Below, one piece after another: positions 9,262-18,484 of a stretch of 50,095 bases of DNA. Made by a program: the position numbers and the translations under genes. Source of the DNA: a virus. Its lineage: Duplodnaviria > Heunggongvirae > Uroviricota > Caudoviricetes. Under the pieces are notes generated by a model that saw only the letters and a list, made by a program, of their open reading frames with translations, was not told the origin of the DNA and searched no databases. Where the stretch lies: IMG/VR virus record IMGVR_UViG_646564533_000009; one strand, given 5' to 3'. How positions within the stretch are numbered: position 1 is the first letter of the stretch; every line of letters begins with the position of its first letter.

Positions 9262-9294
9262 GTTGAGAAGTGATTTTTTACCGGGAGGAAATTT

Positions 9295-10029
9295 ATGGAG
9301 ACTGTTTTTGACGCACTGAAAGCGATGGGAAAAGCCACGTCGGTAGAGCTGGCTGCGCGACTTGATATCAGTCGTGAAGAAGTACTGAACGAGCTGTGGG
9401 AACTGAAAAAGGCTGGCTTCGTTGATAAAAGCGTATACACCTGGCGTGTGGCTGATAACAACGTTCAGCAGGAACAGCCAGCGCCAGAAGAAACCACCAC
9501 GGCAACAGAAGCGAAAATCTCAGAGTGCGATTTAACCGCGACGATTGAACAACGCGGACCACAAACGGCGGATGAACTGGCTACGCTGTTCGGTACAACA
9601 TCCCGCAAAGTTGCTTCAACGCTGGCAATGGCAATCAGCAAAGGTCGTCTGATTCGCGTAAACCAGAACGGTAAAATTCGTTACTGCATACCAGGTGATA
9701 ATTTACCAGCAGAGCCGAAAGTTGAATCGGTAGCGGAAACCGATGGTAAAGCCTTTCCTCAGCCAGCCGGTGTTGCGTTACCGGTACAGAAAGATGCAAC
9801 ACAGGAAGATATTAAAACAGAAACTGTGGCGGACATTGTGCAGTCGCTGCCATCGTTTACTGCAACGCGAGAAGATGATTTGATTTTGCCATCGCTGCAT
9901 ATGGCAAATCGCGAACTGCGTAGGGCGAAGAATCATGTCCAGAAGTGGGAGCGAGTCTGCGCCGCGCTGCGGGAGCTGAACAAGCACCGGGATATGGTTG
10001 CCGGGATTTGTCGGAAGTCCGGGCAATGA
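9295..10029 (+). CDS. Hypothetical protein with N-terminal winged-helix-like region
   Basis: 244-aa ORF following the replication genes; N-terminus (…[30 protein letters not shown]…) looks like a wHTH; function unknown. Confidence 0.55.
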   Translation: METVFDALKAMGKATSVELAARLDISREEVLNELWELKKAGFVDKSVYTWRVADNNVQQEQPAPEETTTATEAKISECDLTATIEQRGPQTADELATLFGTTSRKVASTLAMAISKGRLIRVNQNGKIRYCIPGDNLPAEPKVESVAETDGKAFPQPAGVALPVQKDATQEDIKTETVADIVQSLPSFTATREDDLILPSLHMANRELRRAKNHVQKWERVCAALRELNKHRDMVAGICRKSGQ

Positions 10030-10229
10030 GCGGATGGTGCAGGCCTGAAATCATGATACTAACAATGAAGGTAAAATGCATCGGCAGTCTGATTGGTCGT
10101 AGTGAGGCGGCGGTCAGGATGAAAGCCCAGGTTAAGGGAATAAGCCTGATTCTGCGGGGTGATTTTCACCAGTCAACAAAATATCCGTAGCGCGATAACG
10201 GTCAAAAATTATGGCGCTGACACTTTTGT

Positions 10230-10650
10230 GCCACTGGAGATGACTGTACCTAAGTTCAGGGGAGAAGAACACGTCCGGTGGGATGGTCGGGCCAGATTTA
10301 AAGGGCAGGTCATGGCTCCAGCCTGTACGCTGGCAATGGAGGCTGCCTGGCGGGAAATTGATATGGGAACCACGCCACTCAGGGATTTACTGCCGGTCCA
10401 GAGAATAAATTCCTGTTACGGTTACACCACTGTGATCTTGCAAGTGCAGGAAAGTAGGTCTACACGGTAACGCGAGTGCGTGTAACTTTTGATGTCATTC
10501 CCGTAGAAACACCGGACAAATTTTCGCTGACAGGTCATGCAGAAGGTATAAATCTGCAGATTATGGACAATTACGGATATCCGGCAAGAGCCGGAAAAAG
10601 CATGCCGCCTCTAATTCTCAGTGGAAGATGGACTTGATTATACTCATTGC
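10230..10650 (+). pseudogene. Fimbrial major-subunit-like remnant (frame-disrupted)
   Basis: Two frames carry fimbrial-subunit-like motifs (…RFKGQVMAPACTLA… and …GINLQIMDNYG…) resembling type 1 fimbrial subunits; no intact ORF. Confidence 0.3.
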
Positions 10651-10697
10651 ATTGTCAGAAATAGTTATCCATTAAAGGCTGGCTATTCCAAACAGGA

Positions 10698-10723
10698 TGT
10701 TGATTACAAAAATGTAATCAACA
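10698..10723. promoter_or_regulatory. Perfect 11-bp inverted repeat (tgttgattaca-aaaa-tgtaatcaaca) upstream of the binding-protein gene
   Basis: Seen directly in the sequence within an AT-rich putative promoter region about 165 bp upstream of the ORF at 10889. Confidence 0.35.
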
Positions 10724-10888
10724 TGTAAGGTTTATACTCTTCAATATGCGTATAATTTTCCTTATTTTGTTGACTTTAAATAACAAGCTATGCACGAGGT
10801 AAAGTCGGATAAGTTTATCTGGATGTAATATATATTATTTGTAGTGTTTATAACTTTATTTCATGATAACCAATAAAAGGAGTTTTTT

Positions 10889-11647
10889 ATGAGGAACATA
10901 ATGGCAGGTTTTTTAATATTCCTGTCTTCTGCTGCTTATGCTGATATCAATCTGTATGGTCCTGGTGGCCCGCATACAGCCTTGCTTGATGCAGCCAAAC
11001 TTTATGCCGAAAAAACAGGTATTATAGTGAACGTTCATTACGGCCCACAGAACAAATGGAATGAAGATGCCAAAAAAAATGCAGATATCTTGTTTGGCGC
11101 ATCAGAACAATCTGCTCTGGCTATCATTCGGGACCATAAAGACAGCTTCAGTGAAAAAGATATTCAGCCTCTTTATCTGCGAAAAAGTATTTTACTGGTA
11201 AAGAAAGGTAATCCTAAAAATATCCGGAGTATTGACGACCTGACCAGACCTGGGATTGGCGTAATTGTTAATGATGGTGGTGGTACCAGTAATACATCAG
11301 GCACTGGCGTCTGGGAAGATATTGCCGGACGTAAAGGGAATATAGAAACTGTCGCCGCAATCCGAAAAAATATTATTTTATATGCGCCCAATAGCGGAAC
11401 TGCACGTAAGGCTCTTGAGAATCAGCCTGGAGCAGATGTCTGGATAACCTGGGCTGACTGGGCAGCCAGTAATCCAGAAATTGGTGATGTCGTGGAAATA
11501 GCGCCAGACTACGTGATATGGCGTGATATGAACATTACAGTACGTCAGGATGCAAATGATGAAACCCGTCGATTTGCAGAATGGCTACAAACCGATGAAG
11601 CGGCGCCTGCATTCAAAAAATATGGCTGGACCAGGAAAGGCACTTGA
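10889..11647 (+). CDS. Secreted periplasmic substrate-binding-like protein (ModA/PBP-fold family)
   Basis: 252-aa ORF with a signal peptide (MRNIMAGFLIFLSSAAYA|D); architecture and C-terminus resemble molybdate/anion-binding periplasmic proteins; low-GC context with its own AT-rich upstream region. Confidence 0.7.
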   Translation: MRNIMAGFLIFLSSAAYADINLYGPGGPHTALLDAAKLYAEKTGIIVNVHYGPQNKWNEDAKKNADILFGASEQSALAIIRDHKDSFSEKDIQPLYLRKSILLVKKGNPKNIRSIDDLTRPGIGVIVNDGGGTSNTSGTGVWEDIAGRKGNIETVAAIRKNIILYAPNSGTARKALENQPGADVWITWADWAASNPEIGDVVEIAPDYVIWRDMNITVRQDANDETRRFAEWLQTDEAAPAFKKYGWTRKGT

Positions 11648-11883
11648 CATCCTCGTCCTTCAGGACGTGGATTCTTTTTCCGGATGCCGCGCCAGCGGCA
11701 TGTAGGGGCAGCTCACAAAACGGAAAAAATTGTACGCTAAGCCTCGCCAGGTGAACTGAATTCATTCCGATATGGGAATTCCCATATCGGGCGAAAACGG
11801 TTTGCTGTAACGGCAGAGTTAAGTAGGATTGCTGCGGGTGCTTGAGGCTATCTGCCTCGGGCATGAACACCAACGGCAGATAG

Positions 11884-11935
11884 ATAAAAGCCCCACCCGA
11901 CTATAAATCGAAGTGAGGCCCCTATATGCTCGTCA
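11884..11935 (-). ncRNA. sok: Predicted Sok-like antisense RNA
   Basis: Minus strand has a TTGACC -35-like element (plus 11964-11969) and a hairpin GCCUCAC…GUGGGGC followed by a U-run (ending near 11884), antisense to the mok/hok leader. Confidence 0.4.
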
Positions 11936-12138
11936 CATATAGATTGCCTCTTACGGACCGAAAGGTCAAGGAGAAGCAGGCTATGAAGCAGCAAAAGGCG
12001 ATGTTAATCGCCCTGATCGTCATCTGTTTAACCGTCATAGTGACGGCACTGGTAACGAGGAAAGACCTCTGCGAGGTACGAATCCGAACCGGCCAGACGG
12101 AGGTCGCTGTCTTCACAGCTTACGAACCTGAGGAGTAA
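11926..12138 (+). CDS. mok: Mok (in-frame N-terminal extension frame over hok)
   Basis: 70-codon frame sharing its stop with hok, as in chromosomal hok/mok loci. Confidence 0.6.
   Translation: MLVTYRLPLTDRKVKEKQAMKQQKAMLIALIVICLTVIVTALVTRKDLCEVRIRTGQTEVAVFTAYEPEE
11983..12138 (+). CDS. hok: Hok/Gef-family type I toxin
   Basis: 51-aa MKQQKAMLIALIVICLTVIVTALVTRKDLCEVRIRTGQTEVAVFTAYEPEE, very close to recalled Hok/Gef sequences. Confidence 0.9.
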   Translation: MKQQKAMLIALIVICLTVIVTALVTRKDLCEVRIRTGQTEVAVFTAYEPEE

Positions 12139-12206
12139 GAGACCAGGCGGGGGAGAAATCCCTCGCCACCTCTGATGTGTCAGGCATCCTCAACGCACCC
12201 GCACTT

Positions 12207-12232
12207 AACCCGCTTCGGCGGGTTTTTGTTTT
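12207..12232 (+). terminator. Rho-independent terminator after hok
   Basis: Hairpin aacccgc-ttcg-gcgggtt followed by a T-run. Confidence 0.6.
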
Positions 12233-12311
12233 TATTTTCAACGCGTTTGAAGTTCCGGACGGCGCCGGAATAGAATCAAAAATACTTAAGTAGCGCGCAG
12301 GGAGAAGAGGG

Positions 12312-12617
12312 ATGGACCCCGAACAGGGGGAGTGCTATTTATCTGGAAGGATTCTGTTGATGAAAATCGAAGAATTACGTGAAATTTTTAGTGAAGATGG
12401 CCTCTATACTGTGCGCGTTGAGAATGGCGCTATTGTCAGCCACTGCCGTATTAAATGTTTACAGTCTCTACATAGGAAGAGTGGAGCTGCGTTAATTTAC
12501 TTTGTGGATGGGCTTGTGACGGATGGTTTTATTTTGCGTGCAAATGAATTTGTCACATCGTTGCCGTCTCTGAAAGAAGCTGGGATTAAGGCTGGTTTTT
12601 CTGCTTTTGAAGATTAG
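12312..12617 (+). CDS. Hypothetical protein (possibly Rem-like)
   Basis: 101-aa ORF (85 aa from an internal Met) between hok and the DUF968 gene; the Qin prophage has a similarly sized gene in this position (weak recollection). Confidence 0.45.
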   Translation: MDPEQGECYLSGRILLMKIEELREIFSEDGLYTVRVENGAIVSHCRIKCLQSLHRKSGAALIYFVDGLVTDGFILRANEFVTSLPSLKEAGIKAGFSAFED

Positions 12618-12686
12618 TGAATTCATCTACAATTCAGCGCAGGGCTGAACCCCTGTTGAGTAACACTGTGCCACCGGAGAAAGCCG

Positions 12687-12965
12687 ATGGCGCAAAATTC
12701 CAGACTACACAATTCTGATAATTCAGCCGTCTTTGCCAGCAGGCACGGGCGGCGTTCTCATGCATTCAAATCTGACTGGTTCCGGCACGCCCCATGCACT
12801 GAAGAACAGGCCGAATGGCTGATTCAGAACTACCGCAGACGTGGGTATGAGTTTAGGAAAGCCCTCAGCCTCGATTATCGTCACTGGATAATCTACGTCA
12901 GGCTGCCGTACTCCGAGCGCCCACCGCGTCCGTCCCGCACATTCCAGCAACGCATCTGGAGGTAA
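12687..12965 (+). CDS. Hypothetical protein
   Basis: 92-aa ORF upstream of the DUF968 gene; overlaps an antisense ORF, so coding status is uncertain. Confidence 0.3.
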   Translation: MAQNSRLHNSDNSAVFASRHGRRSHAFKSDWFRHAPCTEEQAEWLIQNYRRRGYEFRKALSLDYRHWIIYVRLPYSERPPRPSRTFQQRIWR

Positions 12966-12966
12966 C

Positions 12967-14022
12967 GTGCGGGTATTACTTCGACCTGTTCCGGTACCGG
13001 AACTTGGGTTGGTGGTCCTTAAACCAGGCCGTGAATCCATGCAGGTATTCCATAACCCTCGAGTGCTTGTGGAGCCGGAACCGAAAAGCATGCGCGGTCT
13101 GCCGTCCGGCATCGTCCCTGCCGTTCGCCAGCCGCTGGCGGAGGATAAATCATTACTGCCGTTTTTCAGCAATGAGCGTGTGATTCGTGCTGTTGGTGGC
13201 GCTGGTGCACTGTCTGACTGGCTGTTGCGTCATGTCAAATCCTGCCAGTGGCCTCATGGTGACTATCATCACAGTGAAACCGTTATTCACCGTTATGGTA
13301 CCGGCGCAATGGTGTTGTGCTGGCACTGCGACAACCAGCTGCGTGACCAGACATCCGAATCACTCGAGCAACTTGCTCATCAAAACCTGTCAGCATGGAT
13401 GATTGACGTCATCGGTCACGCAATAAGCGGTACGCAGGAGCGTGAATTATCTCTGGCTGAATTATCCTGGTGGGCGGTCCGCAATCAGGTGGCGGACGCG
13501 CTACCGGAAGCGGTATTACGTCGTTCGCTGGGGTTGCGTGCGGAAAAAATCCGCTCAATGTACCGTGAAAGCGACATCGTACCGGGAGAGCAGACCGCCA
13601 CCATCATACTGAAGCAGCGCACAAAAAATCTTGCGCCGCTGCCTCACGCCCACCAGCAAAACCCGCCACAGGAAAAGACGGTGGTCAGCATTGCCGTTGA
13701 TCCGGAGTCACCGGCTCAGTATCTCCAGCGCCAGAAACCACAACGGGAAGAGATGCCTGTATACACGCGCTGGGTAAAAACGCAGAAATGCATGACGTGC
13801 GGTAATCAGGCAGATGATCCGCATCACATCATTGGTCATGGACTGGGAGGGATGGGAACAAAGGCTGATGATTTGTTTGTTATTCCGCTGTGCCGTAAAT
13901 GTCATAACGAACTGCACGCTGGGGTAAAAGATTTTGAAGAAAAACACGGCAGCCAGCTGTTGTTGCTGATTCGTTTTTTAATGCACGCGAGAAATTCGGG
14001 TGTCCTGAAGTGGAAAGCATGA
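12967..14022 (+). CDS. DUF968-family protein (YdfU-like) with C-terminal HNH-like Cys/His cluster
   Basis: 351-aa ORF; C-terminal CMTCG…HHIIGHG…CRKCHNELH motif; precedes rusA and Q as in nin regions. Confidence 0.75.
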   Translation: MRVLLRPVPVPELGLVVLKPGRESMQVFHNPRVLVEPEPKSMRGLPSGIVPAVRQPLAEDKSLLPFFSNERVIRAVGGAGALSDWLLRHVKSCQWPHGDYHHSETVIHRYGTGAMVLCWHCDNQLRDQTSESLEQLAHQNLSAWMIDVIGHAISGTQERELSLAELSWWAVRNQVADALPEAVLRRSLGLRAEKIRSMYRESDIVPGEQTATIILKQRTKNLAPLPHAHQQNPPQEKTVVSIAVDPESPAQYLQRQKPQREEMPVYTRWVKTQKCMTCGNQADDPHHIIGHGLGGMGTKADDLFVIPLCRKCHNELHAGVKDFEEKHGSQLLLLIRFLMHARNSGVLKWKA

Positions 14023-14388
14023 ATGACTGAACGGATAGAATTTGTTTTGCCTTACCCGCCGACGGTGAATACCTACTGGCGACGTCATGGCAATACGTAT
14101 TTCATCTCGGAAGCCGGAAAGCGTTATCGCCGTGATGTGGCGCTAATTGTTCGCCAGCAGCGGCTGAAATTAAACCTGTCCGGAAGGCTGGTGATAAAGA
14201 TTATTGCAGAGCCACCGGATAAGCGCCGTCGTGACCTGGACAATATCCTGAAAGCACCACTGGATGTGCTGACGCATGCCGGACTTCTCATAGACGACGA
14301 GCAGTTTGATGAAATCAATATTGTGCGCGGTCAGCTCGTTCCTGGTGGGCGGCTGGGGATAAAAATCACAGAACTGGAGTGCGCATGA
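14023..14388 (+). CDS. rusA: Holliday junction resolvase RusA
   Basis: 121-aa; alignable by eye with RusA (…PPTVNTYW…RRRDLDNILKAPLDVLTHAGLLIDDEQ…GGRLGIKITELE). Confidence 0.9.
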   Translation: MTERIEFVLPYPPTVNTYWRRHGNTYFISEAGKRYRRDVALIVRQQRLKLNLSGRLVIKIIAEPPDKRRRDLDNILKAPLDVLTHAGLLIDDEQFDEINIVRGQLVPGGRLGIKITELECA

Positions 14389-15074
14389 ATAACCACTATT
14401 TACAGTTTGTGCGTGAGCAGCTCATTATCGCCACCGCTGATTTGAGTGGGGCAACAAAAGGTCAGCTTGAAGCCTGGCAGGAGAATGCCATGTTCGATAC
14501 AGGGCGTTACAGGCGAAAAAAAATCCGGTACCGCGATGAAGTGACTGGAAAAATGATAACGCGGGATAATCCACCAATCCCGGGAAAGCAATCGCTGGCG
14601 AAGGTGACGTCAATTCCTCTGGTCAGTCCGGTTGAGTTTTCGACATCATCGTGGCGGCGGGCTGTTCTGTCTCTTGAAGAACATCATAAAGCCTGGTTGT
14701 TGTGGTGTTACAGCGGGAGTATTTGTTGGGAATATCAGATCGCGATAACACAGTGGGCGTGGAATGAATTTAATACTCAATCCGGTACCAGAAAAATTGC
14801 TGGGAAAACGCAGGAACGCCTGAAAAAATTAATCTGGCTGGCGGCGCAGGCAGTAAAAGCAGAACTTTTTGGTGGGGAAGGTTATGAATATCAGGAGCTG
14901 GCATTACTGGCGGGAGTGACAACTAAAAACTGGTCCAAAACATTTACTCGTCACTGGGTTGCAATGAAACACATTTTTCACCGACTGGATAGTGAGGCTT
15001 TATTATTTGTAATGAGAACACGTTCAAAACAAAAGGCGGCATTTTCAAAGCAAAGTGTTGCAAAAGTAGATTGA
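14379..15074 (+). CDS. Late-gene antiterminator Q-like protein
   Basis: 231-aa ORF directly after rusA and before a terminator-like hairpin and the tRNA cluster; position and size match QuuQ-type antiterminators. Assignment is by synteny. Confidence 0.6.
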   Translation: MRMNNHYLQFVREQLIIATADLSGATKGQLEAWQENAMFDTGRYRRKKIRYRDEVTGKMITRDNPPIPGKQSLAKVTSIPLVSPVEFSTSSWRRAVLSLEEHHKAWLLWCYSGSICWEYQIAITQWAWNEFNTQSGTRKIAGKTQERLKKLIWLAAQAVKAELFGGEGYEYQELALLAGVTTKNWSKTFTRHWVAMKHIFHRLDSEALLFVMRTRSKQKAAFSKQSVAKVD

Positions 15075-15137
15075 AAGGCATATATTTCATGCAAATCTGA
15101 TATTTTGCCGATTTTGTACGTGATGGCAAAAGCAAAC

Positions 15138-15166
15138 AAAACCCGCCCACAAGCGGGTTTTGTTGT
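15138..15166 (+). terminator. Terminator-like hairpin downstream of Q (tR'-like)
   Basis: acccgc-ccacaa-gcgggt stem-loop followed by a T-rich run. Confidence 0.45.
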
Positions 15167-15269
15167 GCCACTTATCTCGGATAGACATGGTGAATGCGCT
15201 GGTGGAGGAGATAAGGGTGATTTTTGTATGCTTGCAACATTGATTTCGTAACGTTATTATCCTGCGCCC

Positions 15270-15345
15270 GGCCCTTTAGCTCAGTGGTGAGAGCGAGCGA
15301 CTCATAATCGCCAGGTCGCTGGTTCAAATCCAGCAAGGGCCACCA
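15270..15345 (+). tRNA. ileZ: tRNA with CAU anticodon (ileZ-type tRNA-Ile2 / Met-like)
   Basis: Manual cloverleaf: acceptor ggccctt/aagggcc, anticodon loop cuCAUaa, T-loop ttcaaat, encoded CCA. Confidence 0.8.
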
Positions 15346-15346
15346 A

Positions 15347-15422
15347 CCGCCACTAGCCATCAGGAAAGAGCGTCAACCCTTTAAGTTGAGTGTGCGAGGT
15401 TCGAGTCCCCGGTGGTGGTCCA
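15347..15422 (+). tRNA. tRNA-like gene with atypical anticodon loop (argN position)
   Basis: Standard spacing: acceptor ccgccac/gtggtgg, U8A9, perfect anticodon stem tcaac/gttga, T-loop ttcgagt, encoded CCA. D-stem is weak and the anticodon loop reads ccuuuaa (C33; anticodon UUU by position), so identity is uncertain. Confidence 0.5.
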
Positions 15423-15435
15423 TTATCGGTATTCT

Positions 15436-15509
15436 GCGTTGTTAGCTCAGCAGGACAGAGCAATTGCCTTCTAAGCAATCGGTCACTGGTTCGACTCCAG
15501 TACAACGCG
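15436..15509 (+). tRNA. argO: tRNA-Arg (UCU anticodon)
   Basis: Manual cloverleaf: acceptor gcgttgt/acaacgc, D-arm gctc…gagc, anticodon loop cuUCUaa, T-loop ttcgact. Confidence 0.8.
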
Positions 15510-15681
15510 CTACACTTATTTTCCCGGCTCGCTTTTGCGGGCCTTTTTTGTATCTGCGCCACGCCCGGCGCATACCAACCACAGAGCCTTTCGGGGGGGA
15601 GCTTACGGAGTGGTCAGTGTGACTTTCTCTGTGGGCAGATCGCTCCCGGGCGTTGGCTCACCCACCCAAAGGAACGTCACG

Positions 15682-16113
15682 ATGTTTGGTATTTTTGGTA
15701 AAAAAAGCCCGCAGAGCGGCAACGGAAATTAAAAAGTTTGAAAAACGCGATCTGGCACAGGTGGTGATTAACGCCGCATACCTGGTGGCCTATGCAGATG
15801 GTGAATGTGAGGCTTCCTAGAAAGCGAAGATCGAACAGGTACTGCGTAATCAGCCTGCGCTGTCCGCGTTTACGTCAGAAATTAATGCGATTAGCGCAAC
15901 CATTATCGGTCAGCTGGATACGAACTTTAAAACTGGTCGTCGTGCGGCGTTACGTGAGATCGAGGATGTGAAACACGATACGCGTGAAGCGGAAGATGTG
16001 CTGGATGTGGCGGTGGCCATTGCGGAGGCAGACGGCGAAATTGAGCCGGAAGAGCGCAAGGTGCTGGAAGAGATTGCCGGTGTTCTGGGTCTTCGTCTGG
16101 AGAATTACCTGTG
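15682..16113 (+). pseudogene. TerB-like (tellurite-resistance TerB family) pseudogene
   Basis: ATG at 15682; frame is lost in an A7 tract (15700-15706) and the continuing frame has an in-frame TAG (…YADGECEAS*). Downstream residues (…EAEDVLDVAVAIAEADGEIEPEERKVLEEIAGVLGL…) look TerB-like. Confidence 0.55.
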
Positions 16114-16592
16114 ACGGTAAAACTGCGCCTGACTGTGGCTGCACTCCTGCTGTTTCTGGTGGTGATGGTGGATTTCACCAGCAGAATCATGTCGGTGCTG
16201 GCGGATGGGGGGCTGGTCTGCGGCATTATGGTATTGCTGTGGCCGGTGATAAAAAGAAACAGCCTGCATAATGCTTGATTTTTTTGTTTGCTGTTTATTA
16301 AAAACACTTCTGCATGGTGAATCCCCCTGTGCGGTGGGGCAATCAGCAAGAAGGAATATGGGGTAATCGCGGATTCAGGTGCTGATACTGAATTCACCGG
16401 GAGGCACCCGGCACCATGCTTTGCCACAAAAGTGTTATTTCTGTTTTTCTCAAACTATCATCGTTATCCCTTTATTTTCGGCTGCGCATGGCGCGGCCTT
16501 TTTTTTACGACCAGCCACTGGCAGATGGTCATCCTGTGATTTGATTCCGCTTCCGGCTTTTTAACTCTGTTCCTCTACACGGGAGAAATTCG

Positions 16593-18443
16593 ATGTCGAT
16601 TAAACATTACGATGTTATCAGGGCGGCGTCGCCGTCAGACCTTGCGGAAAAGCTGACACACAAACTGAAAGAGGGCTGGCAGCCATACGGCGGACCGGTT
16701 GCCATTACGCCGTACACACTGATGCAGGCGGTGGCTATTGAAGGAGAGCCACAGGTCGGCCCTTCATCTGAGCCGGATTGGTACTACGTCATCGTACTGG
16801 CCGGGCAGTCCAATGCAATGGCTTACGGTGAAGGGCTTCCGCTGCCGGATTCATACGATGCTCCGGATCCGCGCATTAAACAGCTGGCGCGCCGCAGTAC
16901 AGTGACGCCGGGTGGGGCTGCCTGCAGATATAACGATATTATTCCGGCTGACCACTGTCTGCATGATGTGCAGGATATGAGTACGCTGAATCATCCGAGG
17001 GCTGACCTGAGCAAAGGGCAGTACGGCTGTGTCGGTCAGGGTTTACATATTGCCAAAAAACTGCTCCCGTATATCCCGAATAACGCGGGGATCCTGCTGG
17101 TACCATGCTGTCGTGGTGGTTCGGCATTTACCCAGGGCGCGGAGGGGACATTCAGCGAGTCCACGGGGGCCAGTCAGGATTCGGCACGCTGGGGGGTGGG
17201 CAAGCCGTTATATCAGGATCTGATTTCCCGCACAAAAGCGGCATTGCAGAAAAATCCCAAAAACGTTCTGCTGGCCGTCTGCTGGATGCAGGGTGAGTTT
17301 GACATGAGCGCCGCCACCCACGCACAGCAACCTGCGCTGTTTACAGCCATGCTGACACAGTTTCGTGCTGACCTCTCCGTGTTTAACGCGCAGTGCCATG
17401 GTGGCAGTGCTGCAGATGTGCCGTGGGTTTGTGGTGACACGACGTATTACTGGAAAAATACATACGCTACCCAGTACGACACCGTGTACGGCGGGTATAA
17501 AAACAGGGAGAGTGAGGGCGTTTATTTTGTGCCCTTCATGACAGATGGTAACGGCGTCAATACCGCCACTAACGCGCCGGCAGAAGATCCGGATATTCCG
17601 GCATCAGGATATTACGGTGCGGCATCGAGAACGAATGGAAACCAGGTATCATCAAACCGCCCGACACATTTCAGTTCATGGGCGCGCAGGAGCATTATTC
17701 CGGATCGTCTGGCAACCGCTATTCTGAACGCAGCCGGGCGCACCTCAGCCTTCATCAGTGGTAAGGCACCGGAAATCAAACCCTCGCCCGGCGGCAACAC
17801 GCCATCGGGTCCGTCTGCAGATACGTCCGTTCGCACAATCTCCCTGCTGCCGGCAGCCGGAGAGGCTGCTGCGCAGGGCTGGAGCATTAAGGATGGCGGA
17901 ATTCAGTTGTCAGATGGTGTATTTAAGATCACCAAGCAGAGCAATAAAACCTGGTCCCTGACGCATCCGGTGGATGACGCAATTACCCTGCTGACACAGG
18001 GCGGCAGACTGACCTGTAAGTTCCGCCTGTCAGGCGCACTGACCAACAATCAGTTCGGGCTGGGGATTTATCTGTATACGGATGCTCCCGTTCCTGATGG
18101 TGTGGCGATGACGGGTACCGGTAATCCGTTCCTGATGTCGTACTTCACTCAGACCACTGACGGCAGAGTGAATCTGATGCATCACAGGAAAGCCGGAAAC
18201 ACGAAGCTGGGGGAGTTCGGCGATTACGGTAACGACTGGCAGACGCTGGAGCTGGTGTTCACCGCCGGCAGTGCCACGGTTACTCCGAAACTGAATGGAG
18301 TGGCTGGCCCGGCATTCCAGGTTATAAAAGACAGTCTGACACTGGGACTGAATGCGCTGACGCTGACGGATGTTACAAAAAATGCAGCGTATGGCGTTGA
18401 GATAGAAAGTCTGGTGCTGGAGATAAATGCACCGGCAGCATAA
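16593..18443 (+). CDS. Prophage sialate O-acetylesterase (NanS-p-like; DUF1737 N-terminus plus SGNH/SASA hydrolase domain)
   Basis: 616-aa ORF; GQSN motif (VIVLAGQSNAMAYGEG); sits between the tRNA cluster and the lysis genes where NanS-p homologues are found in lambdoid prophages of EHEC (recalled). Confidence 0.8.
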   Translation: MSIKHYDVIRAASPSDLAEKLTHKLKEGWQPYGGPVAITPYTLMQAVAIEGEPQVGPSSEPDWYYVIVLAGQSNAMAYGEGLPLPDSYDAPDPRIKQLARRSTVTPGGAACRYNDIIPADHCLHDVQDMSTLNHPRADLSKGQYGCVGQGLHIAKKLLPYIPNNAGILLVPCCRGGSAFTQGAEGTFSESTGASQDSARWGVGKPLYQDLISRTKAALQKNPKNVLLAVCWMQGEFDMSAATHAQQPALFTAMLTQFRADLSVFNAQCHGGSAADVPWVCGDTTYYWKNTYATQYDTVYGGYKNRESEGVYFVPFMTDGNGVNTATNAPAEDPDIPASGYYGAASRTNGNQVSSNRPTHFSSWARRSIIPDRLATAILNAAGRTSAFISGKAPEIKPSPGGNTPSGPSADTSVRTISLLPAAGEAAAQGWSIKDGGIQLSDGVFKITKQSNKTWSLTHPVDDAITLLTQGGRLTCKFRLSGALTNNQFGLGIYLYTDAPVPDGVAMTGTGNPFLMSYFTQTTDGRVNLMHHRKAGNTKLGEFGDYGNDWQTLELVFTAGSATVTPKLNGVAGPAFQVIKDSLTLGLNALTLTDVTKNAAYGVEIESLVLEINAPAA

Positions 18444-18452
18444 TAAAAAAAG

Positions 18453-18484
18453 CCAGCGACTGACCTGAAAAAGAAGACGCTGGC
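18453..18484 (-). terminator. Hairpin with U-run on the minus strand (one of two similar hairpin repeats)
   Basis: gccagcg…cgctggc stem preceded on the plus strand by an A-run; a similar unit occurs at about 18595-18640. Confidence 0.3.

Noticed and set aside
15927-16427. 166-aa minus-strand ORF overlapping the TerB-like region
   Set aside because: Antisense to a recognisable TerB-like frame, with no RBS or family resemblance.
15510-16592. Possible stx genes downstream of the tRNA cluster
   Set aside because: No ORFs resembling an A subunit (~319 aa) or B subunit (~89 aa) are present; the slot holds the TerB-like pseudogene.
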